This document shows, piece by piece, positions 37,385-51,654 of a stretch of 64,000 bases of DNA. The notes beneath the pieces are model-generated. The model worked only from the letters and a program-made list of their open reading frames with translations. It did no database searches and was not told the DNA's origin. The stretch spans positions 10,044,001 through 10,108,000 of the forward strand of contig NC_086108.1 of NCBI RefSeq assembly GCF_963921235.1, given 5' to 3'. The DNA is from Mobula hypostoma (lineage: Eukaryota). How positions within the stretch are numbered: position 1 is the first letter of the stretch; every line of letters starts with the position of its first letter. A program made the position numbers and the translations under genes.

Positions 37385-37863
37385 CCTCTCTACAGATGCT
37401 GCCTGACCTGCTGAGCACTGCAGCATTTTCAGTCTTTGGGTCTTGCAATAGTTTTGCTGCCTATCCGTCCAACACTTTTGGTGCATCAATTGGGACACGT
37501 GTTGTCACTTAAATCAGGATTTTCTGACATAGACCAATGGGAAATGGAATGAGCTTTTGGAACTTGCCGAGAGTTGATGTTCTTTGGCAGAAAAGCATAA
37601 AGTAAGTATGCAAATTCTCCTCCGTGCAGGTGCACTTATACATTTACATGGTAGTTAATGTTCACCATCAACGTTGTTACATGCTCTGTCATTGGCAAAT
37701 TTTTCTACAGAAGTGGTTTGCCATTACCTTCTTCTGGGCAGTGTCTTTACAGGACGGGTGACCCCAGCCATTATCAATACCTTTCAGATATTGTCTGCCT
37801 GGTGTCAGAGGTGGCATAACCAGCACTTGTGATCTGCACCGGCTGCCGGGGGTGGAGGATTAA

Positions 37864-39013
37864 CATTTGACAAGGTTCTACACAGTAGGCTTATTCAGAA
37901 AGTCAGAAGGCATGGGATCCAGGGAAGTTTGGCCAGGTGGATTCAGAGTTGGCTTGCCTGCAGAAGGCAGAGGGTGGTGGAGGAGGGAGTACGTTCAGAC
38001 TGGAGGGTTGTGACTAGTGGTGTCCCACAAGGATCTGTTCTGGGACCTCTACTTTTCGTGATTTTTATTAACGACCTGGATGTGGGGGTAGAAGGGTGGG
38101 TTGGCAAGTTGCAGACGACACAAAGATTGGTGGTGTTGTAGATAGTGCAGAGGATTGTCAAAGATTGCAGAGAGACATTGATAGGATGCAGAAGTGGGCT
38201 GAGAAGTGGCAGATGGAGTTCAACCCGGAGAAGTGTGAGGTGGTACACTTTGGAAGGACAAACTCCAAGGCAGAGTACAAAGTAAATGGCAGGATACTTG
38301 GTAGTGTGGAGGAGCAGTCGGATCTCGGGGCACATGTCCACAGATCCCTGAAAGTTGCCTCACAGGTGGATAGGGTAGTTAAGAAAGCTTATGGGGTGTT
38401 AGCTTTCATAAGTCGAGGGATAGGTTTTAAGAGTCGCGATGTAATGATGCAGCTGTATAAAACTCTGGTTAGGCCACACTTGGAGTACTGTGTCCAGTTC
38501 TGGTCACCTCACTATAGGAAGGATGTGGAAGCATTGGAAAGGGTACAGAGGAGATTTACCAGGATGCTGCCTGGTTTAGAAAGTATGCATTATGATCAGA
38601 GATTAAGGGAGCTAGGGCTTTACTCTTTGGAGAGAAGGAGGATGAGAGGAGACATGATAGAGGTGTACAAGATAATAAGAAGAATAGATAGAGTGGACAG
38701 CCAGTGCCTCTTTCCCACGGCATCACTGCTCAATACAAGAGGACATGGCTTTAAGGTAAGGGGTGGGAAGTTCAAGGGGGATATTAGAGGAAGGTTTTTT
38801 ACTCAGAGAGTGGTTGGTGCGTGGAATGCACTGCCTGAGTCAGTGGTGGAGGCAGATACACTAGTGAAGGTTAAGAGATTACTAGACAGGTATAAGGAGG
38901 AATTTAAGGTGGGGGCTTATATGGGAGGCAGGGTTTGAGGGTCGGCACAACATTGTGGGCCAAAGGGCCTGTACTGTGCTGTACTATTCTATTTTCTATT
39001 TTCTATTTTCTAT
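37864..39013 (+). mobile_element. Young 5'-truncated CR1, close paralogue of 6672-7828
   Basis: Near-identical translation; ATTAA on both sides (37859-37863, 39014-39018); (TATTTTC)n tail; splits an RTE-related element. Confidence 0.95.
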
Positions 39014-39334
39014 ATTAAGCAGGTGCTTCACCCTGCCCTAGGTGACCTGCAGGCTAGTGGAGGGAAGGAGCACCTTACAATCTGCTTTGGTCACTGATAG
39101 ACCCAAATAATGAGAGGGAAAGAAATCTCCCATCACCTACACATATTCCCAGTGCAGGTTCAGGTGTTCAGTGAGAGAGCTCTGTCCTCAGTCTGGATCA
39201 CAGTGCTTAGCCACACAGTGACTGCAACTTGTATTTACTTCCACAGATCTGCTCCAGAAAATCCCAACCTGATTATCACACATCTTGGGTGTGAACACAC
39301 ACACACAGCGATCACAGTCAAGCAGGTATTCAGG

Positions 39335-42250
39335 GATGACAGCAGAGCAGCAAGGGCTTGAGTTCCTGGAAAAAAATGAGGAAGGTGCAGGACAGATGTA
39401 TTCAAAAAACAAAGAAATACTCAAATGACAAAATAGTACAACTGTGGCTGACAAAGGAAGTCAAAGCTATTGTAAAAGCAAAAGAAAGGGCATACAACAA
39501 AACAAAAATTAGTGTGAAGATAGAGGATTTGGAAGCTTTTAAAAGCCTACAGAAAGCAATTAAAAGAATCATTTGGAGGTAAAAGATTAAATATGAAAGT
39601 AAGCTAGCAAATAATATCAAAGTGGATAGAAAAGCTTTTTCAAGTATATAAAAATAAAGAGAAACGAGAGTGGGACTGCTAGCAAATGAGGCTGGAGATA
39701 TAATAACAGGGGACAAGGAGATGGCAGATGAGCTAAATGAGTATTTTGCATCAGTCTTCACTGTGGCGGACACTAGCAGTGTGCCAGATGTTGAAGGGTG
39801 TGATGGAAGAGAAGTGACTACAGTTACTATTACAAGAGAGAAGGTGCTCAAAAAGCTGAAAGACCTGTGGTACTTAAGTCCCCTGGACCAGATGAACTGC
39901 ACCCTAGGGTTCTGAAAGAGATAGCAGTAGAGATTGTGGTGGAATTAGAAATGATCTTTGAAGAATCATTGGACTCTGGCATGGTTCTGGAGGATTGCAA
40001 AATTGCATATGTCACTCCACTCTTTAAGAAAGAAGGGAGGCAGCAGAAAGGACATCATAGACCAGTTAGGGTGACGTCAGTGGTTGGGAAGATGTTGGAG
40101 TCAATTGCAAAGGATGAGATTATGCAGTACTTGGCGACACAGGACAAGATATGACAAAGTCAGCATGGTTTCCTTAAGGGAAAATCTTGTCTGATGAAAC
40201 TGTTGGAATTCTTTGAGGAGATTACAAGTAGGATAGATAAAGGGGAAGTTGTATATTTGGATTTTCAGAAGACTTTTGACAAGGTGCCGCACATGAGGCT
40301 GTTTACCAAGTTAAGAGCCCATGATATTACAGGAAGGTTACTGGCATGGTCAGAGCATTGGCTGATTGGTAGGAGGCAGCAAGTGGGAATGAAAGGATCC
40401 CTTTCTGGTTGGCTGCCAGTGACTAGTGGTATTTTTTAGGGGTTGGTGTTGGGACCACTTCTTTTTATGCTGTATATCAATGAGTTAGATGATGGAATTG
40501 ATGGCTTTATTGCCAGGTTTCCAGATGATATGATTTGCGGAGGGGCAGGTAGTGTTGAGGAAGCAAGTAGGCTGCAGAAGAACTTAGACAGATTAGGAGA
40601 ATGAGCAAGAAAGTAGCAAATGAAATACAATGTCGGAAAATGCATAGTCATGCACTTTGAAGAAATGAATGTGCAGACTAAATGGGGAAATCCAAAAATC
40701 TGAGATGCAAAGGGACTTGGGTGTCCTTGTGCAGATCACTCTGAAGGTTAACTTGTGGGTAGAGTTGGTGGTGAGGAAGGCAAATGCAATGTTAGCATTC
40801 CTTTGAAGAGGTCAAGAATACCAAAGCAGAGATGTGAGGCTGAGGCTTTATAAGGCACTCACCCTGAGCACTGTGAACAATTTTGGGCTCCTCATCTAAG
40901 AAAAGATGTGCTGGTATTGGAGATGGTTCAGGGCTGGTTCACAAGGATGATTCTGGAAATGAAAGGGTTATACGAGGAACATTTGATAGCTCTGGGTCTG
41001 TACTCGCTGGAATTTAGAAGGATGAGGGGGAATCTCATTGAAACTTTTTGAATGTTGAAAGGCCTAGAGAGAGTGAATGTGGAAAGGATGTTTCCCATGG
41101 TGGGGGAGTCTAGGACAAGAGGGCACAACCTCACGATAGAGGGGTGTCCATTTAAAACAGAGATGCTGAGAAATTTCTTTAGCCAGAGGGTGGTGAATTT
41201 GTGGAATTTGTTACCACAGACAGCTGTGGAGGCCAGGTCATTGGGTGTACTTAAGGCGGAGATTGTTCGTTCTTTGATTCGTCCCGGCAGAGTCTTGTCA
41301 TCTTCAGAAGTTTTCGGATGACTCTGCCATAGTTGGATGCATCAGCAAGGGAGATGAGGCTGAGTACAGGCCTACGGTAGTCACATGGTGTGAGCAGAAT
41401 TATCTGCAGCTTAATGTGAAAAAGGCTAAGGAGCTGGTGGTAGACCTGAGGAGAGCTAAGGTACCGGTGACCCCTGTTTCCATCCAGGGGATCAGTGTGG
41501 ACATGGTGGAGGATTACAAATACCTGGGGATACGAGCTGACAATAAATTGGACTGGTCAAAGAACACTGAGGAGACTGAGGTCCTTTAACATCTGCTGGA
41601 CGATGCTGAGGACGTTCTACGAGTCTGTGACGGCCAGTGCTATCATGTTTGCTGTCGTGTGCTGGGGCAGCAGGCCGAGGGTAGCAGACACCAACAGAAT
41701 CAACAAACTCATTCGTAAGGCCAGTGATGCTGTGGGGATGGACAATCTCACGGTGGTGTCTGAAAAGAGGATGCTGTCCAAGTTGCATGCCATCTTGGTC
41801 AATATCTCCCATCCACTACATAATGTACTGGGTGGGCACAGGAGTACATTCAGCCAGAGACTCATTCCACCAAGATGCAACACAGAGCGTCATAGGAAGT
41901 CATTCCTGCCTGTGGCCATCAAACTTTACAACTCCTCCCTTGGAGGGTCAGACACCCTGAGCCAATAGGCTGGTCCTGGACTTATTTCATAATTTACTGG
42001 CATTATTTACATATTACTATTTAACTATTTATGGTTCTATTACTATTTATTATTTATGGTGTAACTGTAACGAAAACCAGTTTCCTCCAGGATCAATAAA
42101 GTATGGCTATGACTTTGACAAAGGTTAAGGGGAAAAGGCTGGGGAGTGGGGCTGAGGAGGTGAAGAAAAAGGATTCAGCACGATTGAATGGCAGAGCAGA
42201 TTCGATGGGCCAAATAACCTAATTCTGCTCCTATGTCTTATGGTCTTAAG
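39335..42250 (+). mobile_element. Degenerate CR1 ORF2 to 3' end, interrupted by Rex1
   Basis: ADELNEYFASVFT, KSPGPDELHPRVLKE, RNFFSQRVVNLWNLLP; 3' tail at 42120-42250. Confidence 0.88.
41285..42114 (+). mobile_element. Rex1 LINE, 5'-truncated RT region and 3' end
   Basis: ESCHLQKFSDDSAIVG, YLQLNVKKAKELVVDLRR, YKYLG, FYESVTASAIMFAVVCWG, TERHRKSFLPVAIKLYN; GGATCAATAAAGTAT end. Confidence 0.9.
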
Positions 42251-42430
42251 GTCTACAGATGTGCTTTAGAAAAGCTCAATCTGATAATCGCACATCTCAG
42301 GTATGAACACCCATAGTGAATCGCAGCAGGGGCTGGTGTACAGATTCTACAGGCACTCAGCCCCCTGGCTCACTGGGGTGGAGTGGGCGGCTGGGGGTGG
42401 GGGCGGGGGTAATAAATAAGAGGGTGGGTC

Positions 42431-42911
42431 TCACACACACAGATACATTTCATACAGAGACACAGACACAGTCACACAGTCATACACACACCCACAAACT
42501 CACACATACTGATACACACACAAACACACACACACGCAGGAGATACAGACACACATACACGCACACAGACACTCACACATAAACACACACACATACACAC
42601 ATAGACATACATAGACAAACACACACACACAAACACAGACACACTAATACAAACACAGAGACAGATAGACACACACACACACACACACACATACGCGCAC
42701 ACATACGCGCACACGGTCTCACACACACACATACACACTTGCACACAGACATAGACACACACACACATGAACACACACAGACACAATACACACACACACA
42801 AACCTACACAGACAAACACACACACACACACACACGCACACAGACATAGACACACACACATATGAGCACACACAGACACAATACACACACACACACACAA
42901 ACCTACACAGA

Positions 42912-42953
<42 letters not shown>

Positions 42954-45050
42954 CACACACACGCGCACACAGACATAGACACACACACATATGAGCACAC
43001 AGAGGCACACACACACACTAATAAACCCACACACTAACAGACACACTGATACACACACAGTCACACATAATGCATACACACACACAAACCCACATGCACA
43101 AACACACACACTGACACACACACAGACACATGCACTCACTCACTCACACTCACAGACACAAACACAGATACACAGAAATGTACACATATACAATCACAGA
43201 CACACACTGGCATACACACAGACACAAGCACACACACAGGCTCACATATATATGCACACAAACACACACTGACATACAAACACAGACAGACACACACTCA
43301 CTCACTCACACACTCACACACACACACATACACACATACATACATACACACACATAGAGAGTCAGACACACGCAAGCACACACAAACACACACACAGACA
43401 CACATATACACACAGAGACACATATACATACACAGACATATACACAGAGACACACACAAACACAGACACATGGAAATGCATACATACACACACAAACACA
43501 TACACACAGACACAAGCACACACAGACTTGCATACATATGCACACAAACACACACACTGACACACACAGAAACACACATATGCATATACACACACAACAC
43601 ACACAGACACTGACAGACACACACACTCATACACACGCATATGCACACATACAAACACTAGCACTCACACACGGACAGACACTCACACACACTCGCTGTC
43701 AAACACACACACACACAAGCACATGTACACACACTTACACATAGACACACAGAGAAAGACAGACAGACAGACACACACACACACACAGACACACAGAGAC
43801 AAACACAGACAGAGACAGACACGTGCACAAGCACAAATACACACACATATAGACACCACACACACACATACGCACATAAACACACAAATGCACACAGCTC
43901 TGGCAGATGCACACACTCAAAGACATTCACACACACTCCCACACATAGACACACAGACACTTGGATGCACACACAGACAGATGCGCACACACATACAGCA
44001 GACACTCACACGCACCCATAACCACAGACAGACTCACACACAAACACACACACAGACACCTACACACCCTTACACACAGACTCACACATAAACACACAGA
44101 CACACAGAGACAGACAGATGCACATGCACATACAGACAGACACACACACTCTCTCACACACACAGTTAGTGACAAACACATGCACTGACAAACACAGACA
44201 TATACACACACACACACACACATTTACACACAGACACACACACTACACACACAGACACTGACACACACACTCATACACATACATACACATGCATTTACAC
44301 ATGGACACACAAATACACATACACACACAGACATCACACACATAAACACTCACTAACACACTCTCAAACACATACACACAGACACAGATGCACATAAATA
44401 CACATACCCACACAGACAGCACACACACATGAACACACACTAACACCCTCTCACACACTAACACCCTCTCACACACATACACACACCAACATACACACTC
44501 ACACACATACACACATATGCACATACACCCACAGACACACAGAGACACACGTGCACACAGACACACACACATCCACTCACACACACAAATTCACAAACAC
44601 ACACACATACACAAACACACACACACACACTTGCCCACACACATACACGCATATTTACACACAGACACTCATACATAACCATGCACACAGACAGACACAC
44701 ACACAGACACTCGCACACACACACGTGCACATACTTACACACACACCCTCACACACAAACATACAGAGAGAGAGACACACATACAGACAGACAGACACAA
44801 ACACACACACAGGCACATATGCACATATACAGACATATGCACATATACAAATGCACATATACAGACACACGCACGCACACACACACGGACAGACACACAC
44901 TCAAACACACTAACACACTCACACACATTCACACATATGCACATACACAGGCACACACATTTACACAGAGCCACACACACACATACACAAACACACACAT
45001 TTACACACAGACACACACACACTTACAGACAGACGGACACACACACACAC
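42431..45050. repeat. 2.6-kb degenerate (CA)n-rich tract
   Basis: Continuous CA/ACAG/ATAC repeats. Confidence 0.97.
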
Positions 45051-45612
45051 CGCTTAAAGTCTACTCTGTAGGCTTTGCTGACTGATGAGTGTTGGCATGA
45101 TCATCTCCTGTGGGCCATGCTGGGCCTCGGAACAGCTCCAAAGGAGGACCTGCAGTCGTCCGTGGCTGAGTTGGTATATGGGCAGCTGTTACAAATGCCA
45201 GGTGATTTCATTCCTGATGCCACGAGAGCCTGGTTGACCTTCAAGAGCATTACACCCTCCTCAGTAAATTCAATTCCTTTGCACCTATTCCCACCTCCCA
45301 CCATGAAGTACAGCACTCTTGCGTTCCTGTTGACCTACATTCTGCCTTGTTGATTTTCGTCCGCCATGATACGCACCATTATCCCCTTGGACCACTTTAC
45401 GATGGCCTGTCCTGCATTTTGGAAGGTGGAGAAAAGACTTTTATCAGAGAACCTGAATGTATTTCAGTAGATCACCTTAAACCGGCCCACCAAGACTTGG
45501 AGGATTCCGTTATGATGCCCCTGTCACCGAGGCATGACCACGAGTGTGCCAATGTACGTCCGGATGAGCCAGAGGCACCTGCGGTTCCTCCACCCGTGGA
45601 ACATGGGACCTG
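45051..45612 (+). pseudogene. Gypsy (Ty3) integrase C-terminal remnant
   Basis: LKSTL..WHDHLLWAMLGLGTAPKEDLQSSVAELVYG..PGDF; FVRHD..PLGPLYDG (GPY/F-like); VDHLKPAH. Confidence 0.85.
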
Positions 45613-45691
45613 AGTTGGGCAGATCATCCGAGCTCTGGAGGGGCTCACAATGCCATTTTTAGTGAATTCTGGGGACAGGGTGGAGGGGCTG

Positions 45692-45904
45692 TGTAGGGTA
45701 ACATAATTGAGAGAGATACATAATTCACAACCACTGACATTGGTTTGAGGTTTCGCATAAAGAAGCCGGTCTGGCGTGAAGACATAATTACATAATGGGT
45801 TTCTGCAAGCCTTGAGTTCAGCTTTTTTTGGTGTTCAATAAGTAAGTTGCTGAAGCTTTTCTGACACATAAAATGCCTCCATCATTTTAGTTTCAAAACC
45901 TGCA
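45692..45904 (+). mobile_element. Probable Gypsy 3' LTR downstream of a polypurine tract
   Basis: PPT GGGGACAGGGTGGAGGGG (~45671-45688); ends TGTAGG...CCTGCA; follows the integrase. Confidence 0.6.
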
Positions 45905-45987
45905 TGCACTCAGTGAGCAGCACTAACCCAGGGGAAGCGATGACTGCGTGTAAGAATTGCTTCCTTGGTTTATGTCCTTTCATATAA

Positions 45988-46530
45988 AAGGTAAAGGGCT
46001 GAAGAAGAAGGAATCTGATGGGAGAGGAGAGAGGGAAGGAGGAAGGGCACCAGGTGGAGGTGATGGGCAGGCGAGGAGAAGAGAAGAGGTAAGGGGGTAA
46101 CCAGAATAAGGAATGGAAAGTGAAAGAAAGGGGGAGGATTGATAAATTACTGGAAGTTAAAATAATTGATGTTCATGCCTTCAGGTTGGAGGTGTTGCTT
46201 CTCCAGCTCCTGAGTTTGACCGAATCACGGCATTTGGGGAGGACACGGACCAACTTGTCAGAATGGGAACGGAAAGTCGAATTGAAATGGGTGGCGGGGA
46301 GTGTGAGTGTGCTCAGCAACGTGGTCCGCTGATCTATGCTGGGTCTCCTTTGGGGAGTACTGGCTACAGTAAGCAACCACAAAAGCCTTACGGATGATTT
46401 GTCACTTCACCCGGGAGGAGGTGAAGGGGCAGGTGTAGCACTTGTCCTGCTGGCAGGGAGACTTGCCAGGAGGGACACCAGTGGAGGTGGATGAATGGAC
46501 AAGGGAGTCACATGGAAAGTGATCAGCTGT
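45988..46530 (-). mobile_element. Penelope-like fragment including the Cys-rich linker before GIY-YIG
   Basis: DSLVHSS..PGKSPCQQDKCYTCPFTSS; LPATHFNSTFRSHSD. Confidence 0.75.
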
Positions 46531-47019
46531 GTGGTAAAGGTGCTGTTGAGGAGGGTGTTGACCCAGAGCCAGAGAAGGAACGGCAATATGTTTCCAAGTC
46601 AATACGTGCATGAAGTGGAGCGAAACCTGTGAGATGTGATGCCCCTCCATCTACTACCCTGGTCCTTGCAGGGAGGTTCTGTGCTTGCTGTCTGATGTAG
46701 ATGTATGATCAAATAATGGAAAACTGGAAAAGAGTCTCGGGGGCCCAACATTTTGAAGCAATTATGAAGGAGGCACCTCAGCGGCAATATTTCATTCAGA
46801 GTTTCAGGAGATTTAGTATGTCACTAACGCCTCTCGCAAATTTCTCACAGATGTACCATGGAGACCATTAGAACTGATTGCATCACTGTCTGGGATGGAG
46901 GATTGGAAAGAGCTGCAGAGGCTTGTAAATTTAGCGGTGCCATCATGGGCACTATCTACCCTCGCAGCCAGGACATCTTCAAGAGCTGATGCCTCAGAAA
47001 GCCGGCATCCATCAGTAAG

Positions 47020-49240
47020 ACCATAGGACTATAAGGATACAGGAGGAGGGTCAGTAGCAATCTCCTGCTTTCCCACCATACCTGCGCCCCCCTCCACGTA
47101 TCCCTTCGTGCCCTGACCAATCAAGAATTTATCAACCTCTGCCTTAAATATACATGAAGCCTTGGCCTCTATAGCTGCCTGTGGTAACGAATTCCACAGA
47201 TTCACCACTCACTGGCCTAAGAAATTCCTTCTCATCTCGGTTCTAAAAGGATGCCCTTTTATTCTGAGGCTGTGTCCTCTGGTGTTAGACTCTCCCGTCA
47301 TAGGAAACATCCTGTCTACATCCACTCTGTCAAATCCTGTCAGCATTCGATCAGTTTCATTTACGTCACCCCTCCATAATTCCAGTGAATATATGCTCTT
47401 CATATAACAAACCGCTTAATCCTGGAATCATTTTCGTGAACTTCCTTTGAACAGTCTCCAGTTTCAGCATATACTTTCTCAGATAAGGGGTCTAAAACTG
47501 CTCGCAATACTCCAAGTGAGGCCTCACCTGTGCTTTATAAAGTCTTAACATTACATCCTTGCTTTTATATTCTAGTCCTCATGAAACGAACGCTAACATT
47601 CCATCTGCCGCCTTTCCCCCCATTCTCCTAACCTGTCTACGTCCTTCTGCAGCCTCTCTACTTTCTCAAAACTACCTGCCCCTTCACCTATCTTTGTATC
47701 ATCTGCAAAATTTGCAATAAGGCCATCATCTAAATCATTGAAATGTAACTTAAAAAGAATCAGTCCCAGCACAAACCCCTGTGGAACACCACTAGTCACC
47801 GGCAGCCAACCAGAAAAGGGTCCCTTTATTCCCACTCTTTGCCTCCTGCCAATCAGCCACTGCACTTTGTCAAAACCCTTCTGAAAATCCAATTACACAA
47901 CATCAACTGATTCTCCTTTGTCTATCCAGCTTGTTATTTCTTCAAAGAATTCCAACAAATTCATCAGGCAAGATTTTCCCTTGAGGAAACCATGTTGACG
48001 ACAGCCTTCAAGTACCATGCCTTCCAGCCTGTCTTTCTGAAACAATGTGTATCCTTGGACGTTAAGCTCCCAGCTATAATCTTCTTTCAGCCATTATTCA
48101 ATGATGCCCATTACCTGCTAATCTGTAGCTGTGCTACAAGCTCATTTACCTAATTTCGTATACTGCATGCATTCAGCCCTTTTCAATTTTGACTGCCTTT
48201 TACATTGCAATTTATCCTGATGACTGCAATTTTGCCCTATCATCAGCTTCTCCTTGCTTGGAGTCTCACTACACACTGCCTTTGTTTGTAAACCAACCAC
48301 TTCATCCTCAGCACTATCACTCCAGTTCCCATTCCCCAACCAAACAATCCTAGCAAATCTACCTGCAAGGATACTGGTCCCTTTTGGGTTCAGGTGTAAC
48401 CCGTCCCTTTTGTATAGATCATACATTTCCCAGAAGGGGAAATCTGAATCCCTGCCCCCTGCACCAGCCCCTCAGTCACGCATTCACCCACCAAATCATT
48501 CTATTCTTACCCTCACTGGCACGTAGCACAGGCAGCAATCTAGAGATTACTACCCTGAGGTCCTGTTTCTCAGCTATCTTCCTAGCTCCCTAAAATTTCT
48601 CTTCAGGACCTCCTCACCTTGTCTCCCTATGTCATTGGTGCCTATATGCACCAAGACTTCTGGCTGCTCACCCTCACCCCTGAAAACGCCATGGACCCGA
48701 TCTGAGACATCCCTGATCTGGCACCAGGGAGGCAACTACCATCGGGATGTCTCTATGGCGCCTGTAGAACCTTGTCTCTGTTTCTCTGACTATGGAATCT
48801 CCTATCAACACTGCAGTGCTCCTCACCTCTCTGCTCTCCTGAGTCACAGAACCAGACTCAGTGCCAGAGACCCGGTCACTGCAGCTCCCACCAACTTATC
48901 CGTAGGATTGCCCCCTCAACAGTATTTACTGTTATATACTTATTACTGAGGGAAGTGGCCATGGGTGTACTCTGCACTGGCTGTGTATTTCCCTCCTTCT
49001 CCTGACAGTCACCCAGTTACCTGTCTCCTGCAATCTAGAGGTGACTGCCTTCCTGTAGCTCCTGTCTGTCTCCTCTTCATTCTCCCATAAGAGTCAAAAG
49101 TCATAAAGCTGCAGCTCCAGTTCCTTAATACATTTTGTCGGCGGCTGCAACTCAGTTCACCTGGTGTGTTTATCTGGGAGACTGGACTTCCCACATCCCT
49201 CACACAAAACAATGCTCTGGGAGTCATTCTCACTGAACTA
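47020..49240 (-). mobile_element. Internally deleted CR1 (3' end, RT fragment, ORF1)
   Basis: SGVPQGFVLG..FADDTK; DLYKRDGLHLNPKGT. Confidence 0.85.
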
Positions 49241-49261
49241 CTATGAGGAATGAACAAATAA

Positions 49262-49279
49262 GGGGTGGGGGGGGGTGGG

Positions 49280-49323
<44 letters not shown>

Positions 49324-49340
49324 TAGAGGTAGAGATAGAG
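49262..49340. repeat. G-run plus (GA)n microsatellite
   Basis: Direct observation. Confidence 0.9.
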
Positions 49341-49377
49341 ATCAATTTATCACATCCAAGTCTGATTTTACCTAAGC

Positions 49378-51162
49378 TACTTTTGCGTCAGTCTTCACTG
49401 TGGAAGACACTAGCAGTAAGGTAGATGTTCCAGGTGCCAAGGGTAATGAAGTGTGTGAAGTTAACATTACGAGAGAGAAGGTTCTTGGGAAATTGAAAAG
49501 TCTGAAGATGGGTAAATCACCTGGACCAGATGGTATCTGAACAAGGTGGTTGAAGAGATTGTGGAGGTATTAGTAATGATCTTTCAAAAATCATTAAATT
49601 CCAGAATAGTTCTGGAAGACTGGAAAATTACAACTGCCACTCCACTCCTCAAGAAGGGAGAGAAGAAAAGAAACTATAGGCCATTTAGTCTGACCTCAGT
49701 GGTTGGGAAGATGTTGGAGTTGATTATTAAGGATAAGGTCTCAGTGTACTTGGAGGTACATGACAAAATAGGCCATAGCCAGCAAGGGAAAATCTTGCTT
49801 GACAAAGCTGTTGGAATTTTTTGAAGAAATATCAAGCAGGATAGATAAAGGAGTATCAGTTGATGTTGTGTACTTGGATTTTAAAAAGGTCTCTGATAAA
49901 GTGTCACACACGTGGCAGCTTTACAAGCTACAAGCCCATAGTATTACAGGGAAGATTCAAGCATGGATAGAGCATTGACTGATTGGCAGGAGGCAGAGTG
50001 GAAATGAAGGAAACCTCTTCTGGTTGGCTGCCAATGACTAGTGGTGTGCCACAGGGGTCTGTGTTGGGACCAATTCTTTTTATGTTATATGGCAATGATT
50101 TGGATGATGGAATTGATGGCTTTGTTGCAAAGTTTGCGAATGATATGAAGATAGGTGGAGGGGCAGGTAGTTTTGTGGAAGTAGGGAGGCTACAGAAGGA
50201 CTTAGTTTTACTTATTTATTAATTAATTTTTGTTTAGTTTTGTTTTTTTCCTGTATTATGTATTGCATTGAACTGCTGCTGCTAACCTAACAAATTCACG
50301 TCACATACTGGTGATAATAAACCTGATTCTGATTTTGAATGGACAAAGAAATGGCAGATGGAATACAATGTTGGAAAGTGTATGGTCATGCACTGTTGTA
50401 GAAGAAATGAAAGGGTTGACAATTTCTAAATGGAGAGAAAATATAAAAAACTGAGGTGCAAAGAGACTTGGGAGTCCTTGTGCAGGATTCCCTAAAGGTT
50501 AATTTGCAGGTTGATTCTGTGGTGAGGAAGGCAAATGCAACGTTAGCATTCACTTCAAGAGGACGAGAATATAAAAGCAAGGATGTAATGTTGAGGCTTT
50601 ATAAGGCACTGGTGAGGCCTCATCTGGAGTATTTGATGGGCAGTTTTGGGCCAATCATCTTAGAAAGGATGTGCTGAAACTGGTGAGGGTTCAAAGGAAG
50701 TTCACGAGAATGATTCCAGGATTGAACAGCTTGTTACTTGAAGAGTGCTTTATGGCTCTGGACCTGTATTGACTGAAATTCAGAAGAATGATTGGTGACC
50801 TCATTGAAAATTATCAAATGGTGAAGGCCTTGATAGAGTGGATGTGGAGAGGATGTTTCCTATGATAGGAGACTAAGACCAGAGGACACAGCCTCAAAAT
50901 AGAGGGGTGTCCTTTTAGAACGGAGATGAGGAATTTCTTCAGCTAGAGATTGCTGAATCTGTGGAAGTGTTGCCACAGGCAGCTGTGGAAGCCAAGTCAT
51001 TGGGTATATTTAAGGCAGAGGTTGACAAGTTTTTGATTGGCCAGGGCATGAAGGAATATGGAGAGAAGGCAGGAGATTGGGGCTGAGAGAAAAATTGGAT
51101 CAGCCATGATGAAATAGCAGAGCAGATCGATGGGTCAAATGGCCTAATTCTGCTCCTGTATG
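49378..51162 (+). mobile_element. Degenerate CR1 ORF2 to 3' end, with a small Rex1 tail inserted (~50205-50337)
   Basis: [38 protein letters not shown]. Confidence 0.88.
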
Positions 51163-51654
51163 TTACGGCCTGGCATGGCCCAAACAATGGTGGCTCAAAG
51201 GACAACTCTCCGCTTGCACTTGAATTATTCCTATTGGCCTCTTCCAATGAGTTCCTCTTATTGATCGGTCGCTCATGAACTCAGAGAAATCGCTGCGAAA
51301 CTCGGACTTTAAAATCTCGCTCGCTGTCCTGATTAAAAAGTAACTCTTTTTATGCGCCCCTGATGTGGATTGTCCAACTCAGAGAAAACTGGCTCGAAGC
51401 TCTGCTTTTTAAGTAATGGCCCTCATCAGCCTGGACATGCCCTCTTGTCATTGCTACCATCCAGGAGGAGGTTCAGGAGCCTGAATACTCAATGTTTTAA
51501 GAACATCTTCCTACCCTCCACCATCAGATTTCTGAAAGGACAATGAACCCATGGACACCACCACAGTATCTTGCTCTCTTCTTGCGCTGCCTATTTAATT
51601 TTTAAAAATATAGTTGTAATCTATAGTATATTTTATGTATAGCTGATTATAGGC

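Noticed and set aside
39199..39255. CACAGTG heptamers as V(D)J recombination signals
   Set aside because: No ACAAAAACC-like nonamer at 12 or 23 bp spacing and no V/J segment.
42255..42352. Minus-strand peptide CRICTPAPAAIHYGCSYLRC resembling a nuclear-receptor zinc finger
   Set aside because: It lacks the CxxCKxFF P-box spacing, ends in a stop codon, and has no convincing splice sites.
42316..45085. Many Cys/Val-rich or His/Thr-rich ORFs
   Set aside because: Translations of the (CA)n tract.
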